A stretch of 64,000 nt of DNA from Bacteroidales bacterium (lineage in GTDB: Bacteria > Bacteroidota > Bacteroidia > Bacteroidales > WCHB1-69): NCBI GenBank assembly GCA_016285145.1, contig JAEEQE010000002.1:73201-137200 (forward strand), written 5' to 3'. Shown here piece by piece: positions 37,387-46,695 of this stretch. Each line of letters opens with the position of its first letter. Position 1 is the stretch's first letter. Under the pieces are notes generated by a model. It did not search any database and was not told the origin of the DNA. It saw only the letters and a list, made by a program, of their open reading frames with translations. A program made the translations under genes and the position numbers.

Positions 37387-37977
37387 CTATAACAATTTTA
37401 ACGCCTTCTTTATCATGTCTTCCACAGACAGATTCAAACCTTCTGCCTTGATGATTTTGTCCAACACGGATTCTGCACTGGTTTTCGGAAATCCCAAGGC
37501 CAATAAAGCAGATAACGCTTCATACTTATTATTATTGTATGAGACTGAAATTTTTGATTCGGCGGACCAGTTGGCCTTCTTGGTTTTGTCTTTCAATTCG
37601 ATGATCACCCGCTGGGCGGTTTTGGCTCCGATGCCTTTTATGGACTGGATGGCGCGCACATCTTCGGTGGCGATGGCGTTCAACACCTCGCCCACGCTCA
37701 TGGAGGATAGGATCAGTCGGGCGGTGTTGGGGCCAATGCCGTTCACGGAAAGCAGGAGCTTGAAGAGTTCGCGTTCCTCCTCGTTCATGAAGCCATAGAG
37801 AATCTGTGCGTCTTCCTTTATAATATAATAGGTAAGCAGGGTGATTTCCTCCTCGTCTTTCAGTTGGGAATAGGTGGCAAGGGATATGTTGATGTAGAAT
37901 CCGATGCCGCCTGCCGTCTCTATGATGACGTAAGCAGGATTCTTTTCAACCAGTTTTCCTTTTATGTAACTTATCAT
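37387..37977 (-). CDS. ruvA: Holliday junction branch-migration complex subunit RuvA
   Basis: MISYIKGKLVEKNPAYVIIETAGGIGFYINIS..., HhH motifs GIGPNTARLILS and IKGIGAKTAQRVI, 196 aa. Confidence 0.92.
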   Translation of the reverse strand: MISYIKGKLVEKNPAYVIIETAGGIGFYINISLATYSQLKDEEEITLLTYYIIKEDAQILYGFMNEEERELFKLLLSVNGIGPNTARLILSSMSVGEVLNAIATEDVRAIQSIKGIGAKTAQRVIIELKDKTKKANWSAESKISVSYNNNKYEALSALLALGFPKTSAESVLDKIIKAEGLNLSVEDMIKKALKLL

Positions 37978-37997
37978 AGTATGAGGATAATAAAGCG

Positions 37998-38005
37998 CAA
38001 AAATA
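37998..38005 (-). promoter_or_regulatory. candidate -7 box (TATTTTTG) for ruvA-sprA
   Basis: TAnnTTTG match on the minus strand, 20 nt upstream of the ruvA ATG. Confidence 0.5.
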
Positions 38006-38028
38006 CAAAATCAGCAGGTTCGAATCAC

Positions 38029-38062
38029 AAAAAAACAACGTTGTTATCAACAACGTTGTTTT
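38029..38062 (-). terminator. intrinsic terminator of tRNA-Glu
   Basis: 12-bp perfect stem AACAACGTTGTT-gat-AACAACGTTGTT followed by TTTTT on the minus strand. Confidence 0.75.
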
Positions 38063-38065
38063 AAG

Positions 38066-38137
38066 TACTGCGTACGAGAATCGAACTCGTATTGCAAGAT
38101 TGAGAATCTTGATTCCTAACCGTTAGAAGAACGCAGC
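38066..38137 (-). tRNA. tRNA-Glu (anticodon CTC), CCA not encoded
   Basis: Manual fold: GCTGCGT TC TTC TAACGGTTAG GAA T CAAGA TTCTCAA TCTTG CAAT ACGAG TTCGATT CTCGT ACGCAGT A. It has the 3-bp D stem and 4-nt variable loop typical of tRNA-Glu, with a G1-U72 wobble. Confidence 0.8.
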
Positions 38138-38151
38138 AGGATTTGAGGCTG

Positions 38152-38159
38152 CAAAGATA
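38152..38159 (-). promoter_or_regulatory. candidate -7 box (TATCTTTG) for tRNA-Glu
   Basis: TAnnTTTG match on the minus strand, 15 nt upstream of the mature 5' end. Confidence 0.55.
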
Positions 38160-38192
38160 CATTTTTTTTGAAATGACAGCACTCTCTTCGAC

Positions 38193-38223
38193 AAAAAAAT
38201 AGGAGGATGTTCTACATCCCCCT
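38193..38223 (-). terminator. intrinsic terminator of the C10 protease gene
   Basis: On the minus strand, AGGGGGATGT-aga-ACATCCTCCT (one mismatch) is followed by ATTTTTTT. Confidence 0.65.
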
Positions 38224-38254
38224 ATTTCCCAGTATAAATGTGTTTTATAAAATG

Positions 38255-40846
38255 TTAGCGTACAATGAATTTGTAAACCGCATTGCCTTTTTCGCTTTCC
38301 AGGTTCAGGAAGTACACGCCTTTCGACATGTTGTTGACCGGAATGGTGAAAACTTGTTCGCTGCCGCTGTGGTTGAAACGATCGGAGAAAACCACCTTGC
38401 CCGTCACATCCACCACCTTGGCGTGGATGGTTTGAGCCTCATTGGTTGAGATGGCGACGTTCAGCTTTTCGGAAGCCGGATTCGGGTAGAGGTTCACATC
38501 CTGGAATGTGTTGCGGTCGTTCACGCCGGCAATCTGCCAATAGCCGAGTTCGAAACCGGAACCCTGCTCCCACGTGTCGGATGCGAATTTGACCAGCACT
38601 TTGGACTTGTCCACATTGAAAGCGGTTTTCAGCATAGGCATATTGTAAATGTCGTAACGGGCAATGAAGGCAGGGTTGTTCTGGTCTGTGAAATCATAGA
38701 TATCCACAAAGTCACCGGCGGCCAAATCGAATTTTTCAAATGCGAACGTATAACCTGCGGAGAAGGGGAGACGGATAATCCATGTGCAGATGGTGTTGGC
38801 ACGGTAGGGCGTGTTGTTGCCTGTTTCATCGCCAGCCTTATCGGTTATGACATCATGCCAGTTGGTTGTGAATACTTCGGCTTCACTACAGGAGGAAGCT
38901 GTGTTTTTGAAAGCGCTTACATTGTAGTTGAGCACAAAGCCGTAGTCGGTTTCGGAATTCTCAGCGGAGGTGAACACCACCAGCACGCTGTCGCTCTTGA
39001 CATTGATGGAGGCGGGCAGATTCTGGCCGGGGAAGTCACCGTGAATGGCATCACCATTGGGGGAATAGTCGCTGCAGGCCGACATGCGGTAGTTGCCGGT
39101 GTAGGTTTGCTTGATGCCGCTGGCTTCGGTACCGCCGTTGTAAATCATAACTTTGTCACCCTCTTTGAGTTTGAGCTTGGAAAACTTGAACGTGTAAGTA
39201 TCGGCATTCGGGCAGGCGATAACCCAAGTGCGGTGCGAATTTTTAGCATACTTCACATGTCCGGCACCATCGCTGATAGTACCGACAGATGCAGTCACAC
39301 GGCTGTCGCTGATGGCCGGCTTGGCCACGGCGGCGGAATCACCCGGGCACAGTTTGATGAGCATCTGCTCGGAATCTTTCAAATTGAAGTTTCCGTAAGA
39401 GGCGGACACCTGGTTGGTGAGCAGGAAATATCCGTTGCCGCTGCCACCCCAACCCCAGTTGGTGTGGAAATAGGTGGCATCGTGAATGTTCTGGGTGGTG
39501 ATAGTCGAATCCAGAACGGAAATGGTTTGGTTTACGTAAACAATTGAGTCGTGTCCGACAATAGTGTCAATGATGGTGACGGGCGTCGTGATTGTATTGA
39601 TGGAGTCAATCACGATGTTGTTCAAGCTGTCAAGATGGGAGATGGTGTCGTAGGTGATGATTGTCTCCACATGGGTCAGCGTGTCATAAAGGGTGATGGT
39701 CTGAGGTACGACAATCGTCGAGTCATGGCTGTAGTTGGTGGTGGTGTAGGTGGTGTCGTAGAAAGTTGTATAACCATCCACAATCCAAGCGTGACCACCC
39801 GTGACGGTATCATGACAGGTTCCGGCGAAGAAGATAGGACGACGGGCATCCAGCTCTTCTTTGGCCAAGTCAATCCAATTGTGTGCAGTGGATGCAGAGG
39901 TCACCACATCGGTAATACGCTTGTATTGGGCAGCTTGAGAGTAGGAGAAATAATTCTGCATGGATTCCAGAGCCTTCTCGGTTTGGGAACCGGAACCGCC
40001 GGAACCGCTTACGGAACCGTATTTCATATCTACGGAAACACCGCAATGGTAGAGAAGCTTAGCCAATTCGCCGTGATAGACTTTCCCATTCGGATCAATC
40101 TTTTTGGGCATGGCATCGTAGTTGTAATGGCTTGTGCCAAAGTTCACATCCTGCAGAGGGAATGTGTAGAGAAGCTCACCGTCATCGCTCATTTCTCTTG
40201 GAATATACATGTGACGGCCATAGCCCTGGGTGGGATAGCGGTAGTAGTTCATGATGTTACCCATCGTCACGGCCACACAACCGACCAAAGAACGGCAGTC
40301 ATTGTTGGCATAGCCTTCCGTATATTGGGCATACGGAGTGGCAGGACAATATTGGTTGTAATACGGGAACTGGTCCCACTCGGTAGTGATCAAAGGTTCC
40401 ACATAAGGGCTCTTTTTTACCGATTTGGTGTTAAGGGAGAAGGATTTATAATGGTCCCAATCCGCTTTTTTCGCAACAGAAGCTTCCGGATTCTTAATCA
40501 GGAAAGAAATCTGGTCCGTGAATTTCTCAGCATAGAAATCCGCACCCGTGCCAGTCTGGTAGTTGCTTTCCAGCGAGTAGCCCAGCACAGGAGAGGCCAA
40601 TTCGGTGGCGGAAACAATGATGAATCCCTTTTCTCCCACTTGGAAACGGTAGAAAACGGGGTTGCCTTCCTCGTCATATTGCGTGTAGGTCAGCGTGAGC
40701 TCGAGGTTCTGAGCCTCCATGGAACCCATACGTTCCGACAGGAAGTTCCGGGAAACCTTCATGGCTTCAGAAACAGGCACGACATTCGTGGCGTATCCCA
40801 TGAAGATCAGCGCCACTAATGAGAACAAAAGAATAAATTTTTTCAT
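38255..40846 (-). CDS. C10-family (streptopain/PrtT-like) cysteine protease with Spi-type prodomain, two CUB-like domains and a T9SS C-terminal sorting domain
   Basis: Signal peptide MKKFILLFSLVALIFMG. The prodomain reads PVSEAMKVSRNFL...FYRFQVGEKGFIIVSA. The catalytic Cys context is SLVGCVAVTMGNIMNYYRYP, the catalytic His context is TGGHAWIVDGY, and HTNWGWGGSGNGYF follows. Two ~120-aa CUB-like modules span aa ~515-643 and ~653-772. The CTD reads VNLYPNPASEKLNV...GVYFLNLESEKGNAVYKFIVR. Confidence 0.85.
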   Translation of the reverse strand: MKKFILLFSLVALIFMGYATNVVPVSEAMKVSRNFLSERMGSMEAQNLELTLTYTQYDEEGNPVFYRFQVGEKGFIIVSATELASPVLGYSLESNYQTGTGADFYAEKFTDQISFLIKNPEASVAKKADWDHYKSFSLNTKSVKKSPYVEPLITTEWDQFPYYNQYCPATPYAQYTEGYANNDCRSLVGCVAVTMGNIMNYYRYPTQGYGRHMYIPREMSDDGELLYTFPLQDVNFGTSHYNYDAMPKKIDPNGKVYHGELAKLLYHCGVSVDMKYGSVSGSGGSGSQTEKALESMQNYFSYSQAAQYKRITDVVTSASTAHNWIDLAKEELDARRPIFFAGTCHDTVTGGHAWIVDGYTTFYDTTYTTTNYSHDSTIVVPQTITLYDTLTHVETIITYDTISHLDSLNNIVIDSINTITTPVTIIDTIVGHDSIVYVNQTISVLDSTITTQNIHDATYFHTNWGWGGSGNGYFLLTNQVSASYGNFNLKDSEQMLIKLCPGDSAAVAKPAISDSRVTASVGTISDGAGHVKYAKNSHRTWVIACPNADTYTFKFSKLKLKEGDKVMIYNGGTEASGIKQTYTGNYRMSACSDYSPNGDAIHGDFPGQNLPASINVKSDSVLVVFTSAENSETDYGFVLNYNVSAFKNTASSCSEAEVFTTNWHDVITDKAGDETGNNTPYRANTICTWIIRLPFSAGYTFAFEKFDLAAGDFVDIYDFTDQNNPAFIARYDIYNMPMLKTAFNVDKSKVLVKFASDTWEQGSGFELGYWQIAGVNDRNTFQDVNLYPNPASEKLNVAISTNEAQTIHAKVVDVTGKVVFSDRFNHSGSEQVFTIPVNNMSKGVYFLNLESEKGNAVYKFIVR

Positions 40847-40883
40847 ACTAGTATTGTTTAATATTTAATTTCGTAAAAGTCGC

Positions 40884-40891
40884 CAAAAATA
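40884..40891 (-). promoter_or_regulatory. candidate -7 box (TATTTTTG) for the C10 protease gene
   Basis: TAnnTTTG match on the minus strand, 37 nt upstream of the ATG at 40846. Confidence 0.45.
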
Positions 40892-40976
40892 CAAAAAAAA
40901 ACAAAATGAACTTTTTGATGCGCGGAAATTTGTAATGTGTTGTTTGTTAATATGTTCAAGTGTAATACAAATGGTT

Positions 40977-42002
40977 TTAAACGATTTCCACGCCAGCTTT
41001 GTCCGTCACTTCCCCGATTTCAAAGGCTTTTTCCCCTAATGATTCGAACATCTTGCAAACCTCATTGGCATCGTTCGGATGCACCACGAGGATCATGCCG
41101 ATGCCCATATTGAAGATGTTGAACATTTCGCGGTGTTGTACCTTTCCGTACTTTTCGAGGAACGGGAAGATGGGAGGCATTTCCCAGCTGCCTTCGTGAA
41201 TGAGGATGCCCTGTCCTTCGCGGAGCACGCGCGGGATGTTCTCGTCGAAGCCGCCGCCGGTGATATGGCAGATAGCGTGTACATCCACTTTGGCAAGCAC
41301 GTCAAGCACGGGGCGCACATATATGCGCGTGGGCGTGAGCAGCACGTTGCCGAGGGTGTCGGGCAGCGTCTCGTATTGGGTGTTGAGGTCCAGCTGGTTG
41401 TCCTTGAAGACGATTTTGCGTACCAACGAAAACCCGTTGGAATGCACGCCGGAAGAGGCCAGGCCGATCAGCTTGTCGCCGACTTGCACTTTGGAGCCGT
41501 CAATGAGCTTGGCTTTTTCCACAGCACCCACCGTGAACCCGGCGATGTCGTATTCGTCTTCGTCGTACATGTCCGGCATCTCGGCCGTCTCGCCGCCGAT
41601 GAGCGCGCAGTTGGAAAGCACGCAGCCGTCGGCCACGCCTTTGACGATAGCCTCGATCTTGGCCGGGTCGTTTTTGCCCACGGCGATGTAGTCGAGAAAG
41701 AAGAGCGGCGCGGCGCCCTGGGCCAGAACGTCGTTCACACACATGGCCACGGCGTCCTGACCGATGGTGTCGTGACGGTCCATCATAAAGGCGATTTTCA
41801 GCTTGGTGCCCACCCCGTCGGTGCCACTCACCAGAATCGGCTCCTTGTAGTTCAGGGAGGCCAGGTCGAACATGCCGCCGAAACTGCCGATGTTGCCCAT
41901 CATGCCCGGACGGTTGGTGCGGGCGATATGTTTTTTAATCAGTCGTACAGATTCGTAACCGGCTTCCAAGCATACGCCGGCTTCTTCGTATGATTTTGCC
42001 AT
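40977..42002 (-). CDS. purM: phosphoribosylformylglycinamidine cyclo-ligase (AIR synthetase)
   Basis: [34 protein letters not shown]; 341 aa. Confidence 0.92.
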   Translation of the reverse strand: MAKSYEEAGVCLEAGYESVRLIKKHIARTNRPGMMGNIGSFGGMFDLASLNYKEPILVSGTDGVGTKLKIAFMMDRHDTIGQDAVAMCVNDVLAQGAAPLFFLDYIAVGKNDPAKIEAIVKGVADGCVLSNCALIGGETAEMPDMYDEDEYDIAGFTVGAVEKAKLIDGSKVQVGDKLIGLASSGVHSNGFSLVRKIVFKDNQLDLNTQYETLPDTLGNVLLTPTRIYVRPVLDVLAKVDVHAICHITGGGFDENIPRVLREGQGILIHEGSWEMPPIFPFLEKYGKVQHREMFNIFNMGIGMILVVHPNDANEVCKMFESLGEKAFEIGEVTDKAGVEIV

Positions 42003-42014
42003 AACTGTTTGGTT

Positions 42015-43088
42015 TTAAATGATTAACATTGCATCTCCGTAGGTAAGGAAACGATATTTCTCCGCCACAGCCTCCTTGTAGGCCTTCATCACGAACTCGT
42101 AGCCACCGAAAGCGGCCACCATCATGAGCATCGAACTTTGGGAGGCGTGGAAGTTGGTGACCATGGCGTTGCCCACCATGAAATGGTAAGGAGGATAAAT
42201 GAACTTGTTGGTCCAGGTGTCCACCTTGCCGTTCATTTCGGTGGTCTTGACATGGCCGTTGGCATATACGGACGATTCCAACGCTTTCATGGTCGTGGTG
42301 CCCACCACCACAATGCGGTGGCCCTCGTCCTTGGCTTTGTTGATCTCGTCAGCCACGGAGGCTTTGATGATCATGCGTTCGGAATCGGATTTGTGCTTGG
42401 AGAGGTCCTCCACGTCGATGTCGTTGAAGTTGCTGAGACCGGCGTGCAGGGTGATATAGGTGCGCTCGATGCCTTTGAGCTCCATCTGCTTCAGCAGGAT
42501 ACGGCTGAAGTGGAAGCCGGCGGCAGGGGCCACTACGGCGCCCTCTTCCGTGGCATAAAGCGTCTGGTAGTCGAACTCATCCTCCGGTGCGATCTCGCGG
42601 AGCCGCTGGATGTCATCGGGCAGCGGGGTGGTGCCGATATCCATCAGTTTCTTTTTGAAAGCGTCGTGATCGCCGTCGAACAGGAAGCGGAGCGTGCGCC
42701 CGCGGGAGGTCGTGTTGTCAATCACCTCGGCCACGAGGCTGTCATCCTCGCAGAAGCAGAGTTTGTTGCCGATGCGGATTTTGCGAGCCGGATCCACAAG
42801 AACATCCCACAAACGGCTCTCCTCATCCAACTCGCGAAGAAGGAAGACACGGATGCTGGCGCGGGTCTGCTCCTTTTCACCATATAGCAGAGCGGGGAAA
42901 ACCCGCGTGTTGTTCATCACGAAAAGGTCACCCTCGTCAAAATAGTCCAAAATGTCCTTGAAAAGACGATGTTCTATCGTTTTTGTCTTACGGTTCAATA
43001 CCATCAGGCGTGCCTCGTCGCGCTCCTCGGTCGGATGCAAGGCTATCAATTCCTGAGGCAGATAATACTTAAATTCGGATAATTTCAT
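42015..43088 (-). CDS. queA: S-adenosylmethionine:tRNA ribosyltransferase-isomerase
   Basis: The internal ATG at 43088 gives MKLSEFKYYLPQELIALHPTEERDEARLMVL..., with the C-terminus ...RFLTYGDAMLI typical of QueA. Confidence 0.9.
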   Translation of the reverse strand: MKLSEFKYYLPQELIALHPTEERDEARLMVLNRKTKTIEHRLFKDILDYFDEGDLFVMNNTRVFPALLYGEKEQTRASIRVFLLRELDEESRLWDVLVDPARKIRIGNKLCFCEDDSLVAEVIDNTTSRGRTLRFLFDGDHDAFKKKLMDIGTTPLPDDIQRLREIAPEDEFDYQTLYATEEGAVVAPAAGFHFSRILLKQMELKGIERTYITLHAGLSNFNDIDVEDLSKHKSDSERMIIKASVADEINKAKDEGHRIVVVGTTTMKALESSVYANGHVKTTEMNGKVDTWTNKFIYPPYHFMVGNAMVTNFHASQSSMLMMVAAFGGYEFVMKAYKEAVAEKYRFLTYGDAMLII

Positions 43089-43106
43089 TGTAAAAAATTT
43101 GGCGTG

Positions 43107-43114
43107 CAAAGATA
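43107..43114 (-). promoter_or_regulatory. candidate -7 box (TATCTTTG) for queA-purM
   Basis: TAnnTTTG match on the minus strand, 18 nt upstream of the ATG at 43088. Confidence 0.5.
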
Positions 43115-43213
43115 CAACAAAATTCCCCTTTTGTCAAGTGCTTTTTTAATATGGTATAAATAAATGATAGTATAAAAGCGGAAAAATAATTAAGATATTG
43201 ACAATCAATAATT

Positions 43214-44080
43214 TTAATCTTTCCTTAAGGGTCGGTGGTTCAGGAATCGGTTCTCCTGGCTGATGCTCTTCACCCGCTCCAACGTTTGTGGGGTGAAGAA
43301 AGATTCGGCCACTTTTTCCTCCATATAGTCAATGGCCAGGTCGTTGGGATGCGACAGGTCTTTGGCATAGAAACGATAGTCACGGAGGTCGTCCATCAGA
43401 AACTCGTAGGCGGGGAAGTAAAAGATGTTCTCGTTGTCCACCAGCTTCTCCTCGGCCAGAAGTAGCACCGCCTTGCTCAGCGTGTTCTCGTGCATGCCGT
43501 CGCCCGCGTGGCGCACGGGACTGACCGTGAAGATAACCTTTATGTCAGGGCGTGCCTCCCGAACCAGCGCCAGCGTTTCATTCCATTGGGAAACAATCTT
43601 CTTGATATCCAATCGGATACGCTCAAACTGGTAGTTGGGAATCTTGTGGCAGTTGGAGACAATCAAATCGCGGGGGATGAACTTGTAGCAGAAAGCGGTT
43701 CCGAAGGTGACAAACAGATAATCCGTATGTTGGAAGAATTCGGATGCTTTTTGCAGATGATCGTCAATATTCTGCTCGAAAACCTGGAAATTGTCGCGGG
43801 AGAAGCGCCCGTGATGGGCAAAGCTGACCCACGTGTCCCGGTATTTGTAGAAATAGCGGTCCTTGTCGAAGGCTTCCGGTCGCATGAGCAGCCGGATGGC
43901 GCGGTCGATGGAGACGGGGTTGAAAAGCACGCCGAAGGGGTTGGAGCAGACATTGAAACGGTGCCGTCCGAAATAGTTGCCCATATTGTCGGAAAAACAG
44001 GATCCGAGAAGCATGATGCTATCCTCGTATCCGATATGGAACGGGTATTGCGGGGCGGGTATGTTGGTACGGAATTGCAT
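43214..44080 (-). CDS. GSCFA-domain protein
   Basis: The N-terminal region has the eponymous motif (IMLLGSCFSDNMG). 288 aa. Confidence 0.75.
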   Translation of the reverse strand: MQFRTNIPAPQYPFHIGYEDSIMLLGSCFSDNMGNYFGRHRFNVCSNPFGVLFNPVSIDRAIRLLMRPEAFDKDRYFYKYRDTWVSFAHHGRFSRDNFQVFEQNIDDHLQKASEFFQHTDYLFVTFGTAFCYKFIPRDLIVSNCHKIPNYQFERIRLDIKKIVSQWNETLALVREARPDIKVIFTVSPVRHAGDGMHENTLSKAVLLLAEEKLVDNENIFYFPAYEFLMDDLRDYRFYAKDLSHPNDLAIDYMEEKVAESFFTPQTLERVKSISQENRFLNHRPLRKD

Positions 44081-44087
44081 ATTCTTT

Positions 44088-46442
44088 TTATTTGGGTATT
44101 AATAACTTGGCGAATTTCAGCAGGAGTGTTTTCGTCCCTACAGTGTCAAAACTGACAACGGCTTTGGTGTCGGGGGCGAGACCCTCCACCGACTGTACGT
44201 TTCCGAAGCCGAACTTGAAGTGGTACACCCGCACACCGGGTCTTATTTGGTCAATGGAGGCCGGGTCGCCCACCATGTCCATTTGCACGTCGTTCTTGGT
44301 CTTGACTGTAGGCTTGTTAGCGGCAGGTTGTTTAGATGCGGTGTCGGATGTGGAATAGGTGCGCGGCTTCGGCGTGTCATAACGGCGGAACGACCACTCA
44401 GTGTCATTGGAGCGGGCGAAGGACCCTTTTCCGGAAGATGCTTTTTTTGTGATGTTGAGGTATTTGTCCGGAATCTCCTCTAAAAAGCGGCTGTCTTCGC
44501 AGAATTGCAGCGACCCGAAACGGTAGCGGGTTTGCGCGGAGGTCAGCGTCACCTGCTTTCTCGCACGGGTGATGGCCACATAGAAAAGGCGTCGTTCCTC
44601 CTCCATCTCCATTCGCGAGTTGGCGCATAAGGAAGACGGGAACAAGTTCTCCTCCAAACCGGTGATGAACACATAGTCAAATTCCAGCCCCTTGGCCGAG
44701 TGGATGGTCATCAGTTTCACGCAATCCTCCTCTTCGGCTTTGTTCTCTTCATCGTCGCTTAACAGCGCAATGGATTCCATAAATTGGTCCAAAGAGGGGA
44801 AATATTCTTCAATGAGTTCGCCGGTGTTTTCGTTAAAACTACTCTCAGGTTCCTTTTCGGTGAAACTTTTGATGGCGTCCAACAGCTCTTCCACATGGTC
44901 CACACGCTCTTTCTCGTCGGTGTTTTCCTTGAGCACTTTGGCAATGCCCGTTTGGATGACGATATGCTTGCCCAGCTCATAGGCGTCGTCTTTTTTCAGT
45001 TGGGCGGAGAAGCCGCGGATCATGTCGGCGAATTCCACCAAGCGGTTACAGGTGGCGCCGTTGATGCCGGTGGGGTAGGCTTGCGGGTTGCAGACCACGT
45101 CCCAGAGGCGGGCGTTGTTTTCGTCGGCGGTGGCGGCGATGCGCGACATAGTGGTGTCGCCGATGCCCCGCATGGGATAGTTGATGACGCGGCGCAGCGA
45201 CTCTTCATCGTAATGGTTGATGACCAGCCGGAAATAGGCCAGCACATCTTTGATTTCCTTGCGTTTGTAGAACGAGAGTCCGCCGTAAATCTTGTACGGG
45301 ATGTGCCGCTTGACCATAGCCTCCTCCAGCGTACGTGATTGGATATTAGTACGATAGAGGATAGCGAATTGGCTCGGTCGGGCGTGCTCGTTCATGCGGG
45401 TCTCGAAAATGGCGTTGGCCACGGTGGCAGCCTCGTCGGTGTCGCTGGCCGCCCGTATCAGGTTGATTTTCGGACCCACTTCATTTTCCGTCCAGATGTC
45501 TTTCGGCATCTGGTCCTTGTTGTTGCGGATGACGGCGTTGGCCGCATTGACGATGTTTTGCGTGGAGCGGTAGTTGCGTTCCAGTTTGTAGATGGTGGCG
45601 GCGGGGTAGTCACGGCGGAAGTTCAGGATGTTCTGGATGTCCGCCCCCCGGAAGCCGTAGATGCTCTGCGCATCGTCGCCTACTACGCATATATTCTGAT
45701 TCAGAGCCGATAACTTTTTGATAATCAGATATTGTGCATAGTTTGTATCCTGATATTCGTCCACTAATATATAGCTGAAACGCTGCTGATATTTGTATAG
45801 CATTTCAGGGAAATCGCGAAGCAGGACGTTCATGTAGTAGAGCAGGTCGTCGAAGTCCATGGCGTCGGCGTTCCGAAGCCGTTTGTTGTAGCGGTCGAAG
45901 ATCTGGTGTATCAGCGGTTTGCCGGCGGCGGCATCCGCCTGGATGATCTCGTTGTTGTCGGCATATTCCTGGGCGGAGAGCAGGCTGGACTTGGCAGAGG
46001 ATATGCGGTTGAGCACATAGTTGGGTGCATAGATTTTCGGGTCCAGTTGAAGCTCTTTCACAATGCTCTTAATCAGGGATTTGGAGTCTTCCTGGTCATA
46101 TACGGTGAGGTTATGTGTATAGCCTAATTTCTCGTCCTCTATGCGGAGGATGCGGTAGAATACGGAGTGGAAAGTGCCCATGGTGACGGCTTTGGCCACC
46201 TCGCCGCCCACAAGGGTGACGATACGGGCGCGCATTTCGGCGGCGGCTTTGTTGGTGAAGGTCAGCGCCAGGATGTGGTAAGGGTTCACCCCGCATGACA
46301 GCATGTAGGCGATACGGTAGGTCAGCACCCGCGTTTTCCCCGACCCGGCACCCGCCAGAACCATGATGGGACCGTCCACCTGCTTCACGGCAAGTTGCTG
46401 TTGTTCGTTCAATTGCGATAATATGATTTCCTGCTGCGTCAT
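44088..46442 (-). CDS. UvrD/PcrA/Rep-family ATP-dependent DNA helicase
   Basis: The ATG at 46442 gives MTQQEIILSQLNEQQQLAV. Motifs are Walker A AGAGSGKTRVLT, motif II VDEYQDTN, plus GDDAQSIYGFRGA, YRS and TIHSAKGLEF. Confidence 0.9.
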   Translation of the reverse strand: MTQQEIILSQLNEQQQLAVKQVDGPIMVLAGAGSGKTRVLTYRIAYMLSCGVNPYHILALTFTNKAAAEMRARIVTLVGGEVAKAVTMGTFHSVFYRILRIEDEKLGYTHNLTVYDQEDSKSLIKSIVKELQLDPKIYAPNYVLNRISSAKSSLLSAQEYADNNEIIQADAAAGKPLIHQIFDRYNKRLRNADAMDFDDLLYYMNVLLRDFPEMLYKYQQRFSYILVDEYQDTNYAQYLIIKKLSALNQNICVVGDDAQSIYGFRGADIQNILNFRRDYPAATIYKLERNYRSTQNIVNAANAVIRNNKDQMPKDIWTENEVGPKINLIRAASDTDEAATVANAIFETRMNEHARPSQFAILYRTNIQSRTLEEAMVKRHIPYKIYGGLSFYKRKEIKDVLAYFRLVINHYDEESLRRVINYPMRGIGDTTMSRIAATADENNARLWDVVCNPQAYPTGINGATCNRLVEFADMIRGFSAQLKKDDAYELGKHIVIQTGIAKVLKENTDEKERVDHVEELLDAIKSFTEKEPESSFNENTGELIEEYFPSLDQFMESIALLSDDEENKAEEEDCVKLMTIHSAKGLEFDYVFITGLEENLFPSSLCANSRMEMEEERRLFYVAITRARKQVTLTSAQTRYRFGSLQFCEDSRFLEEIPDKYLNITKKASSGKGSFARSNDTEWSFRRYDTPKPRTYSTSDTASKQPAANKPTVKTKNDVQMDMVGDPASIDQIRPGVRVYHFKFGFGNVQSVEGLAPDTKAVVSFDTVGTKTLLLKFAKLLIPK

Positions 46443-46460
46443 GGGTTGGAATTTTGGCCG

Positions 46461-46468
46461 CAAAAGTA
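46461..46468 (-). promoter_or_regulatory. candidate -7 box (TACTTTTG) for the helicase gene
   Basis: TAnnTTTG match on the minus strand, 18 nt upstream of the ATG at 46442. Confidence 0.5.
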
Positions 46469-46547
46469 CTATTTTTATAGGTGGAATCGGTTAATAAAAT
46501 GTTAATATTTTTTTGCTGTTGTTTTATTTTGAAAACAGTGAAAAAAC

Positions 46548-46671
46548 TATCTTTGCCGACGTGCGTTATTCGCAGGCAGTCGGTAAGTCCCACCTTTAAA
46601 CAATCATAGCGCACCTGTCCCATCTTTATTTGGCAATTACTCATTATTAAAATCCGGCTGCCTGCTTTTTT
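46548..46671 (+). promoter_or_regulatory. candidate promoter plus ~110-nt structured leader or small RNA ending in a U-tract, upstream of aspS
   Basis: A TATCTTTG box lies at 46548..46555. GCAGGCAGTCGG (46572..46583) can pair with CCGGCTGCCTGC (46654..46665) in a 12-bp helix with one G-U, followed directly by TTTTTT. A second TATCTTTG box (46688..46695) follows, next to the aspS ATG. Confidence 0.3.
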
Positions 46672-46687
46672 ATACCAAATTAAAATG

Positions 46688-46695
46688 TATCTTTG
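46688..46695 (+). promoter_or_regulatory. candidate -7 box (TATCTTTG) for aspS
   Basis: TAnnTTTG match 25 nt upstream of the ATG at 46721. Confidence 0.55.
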
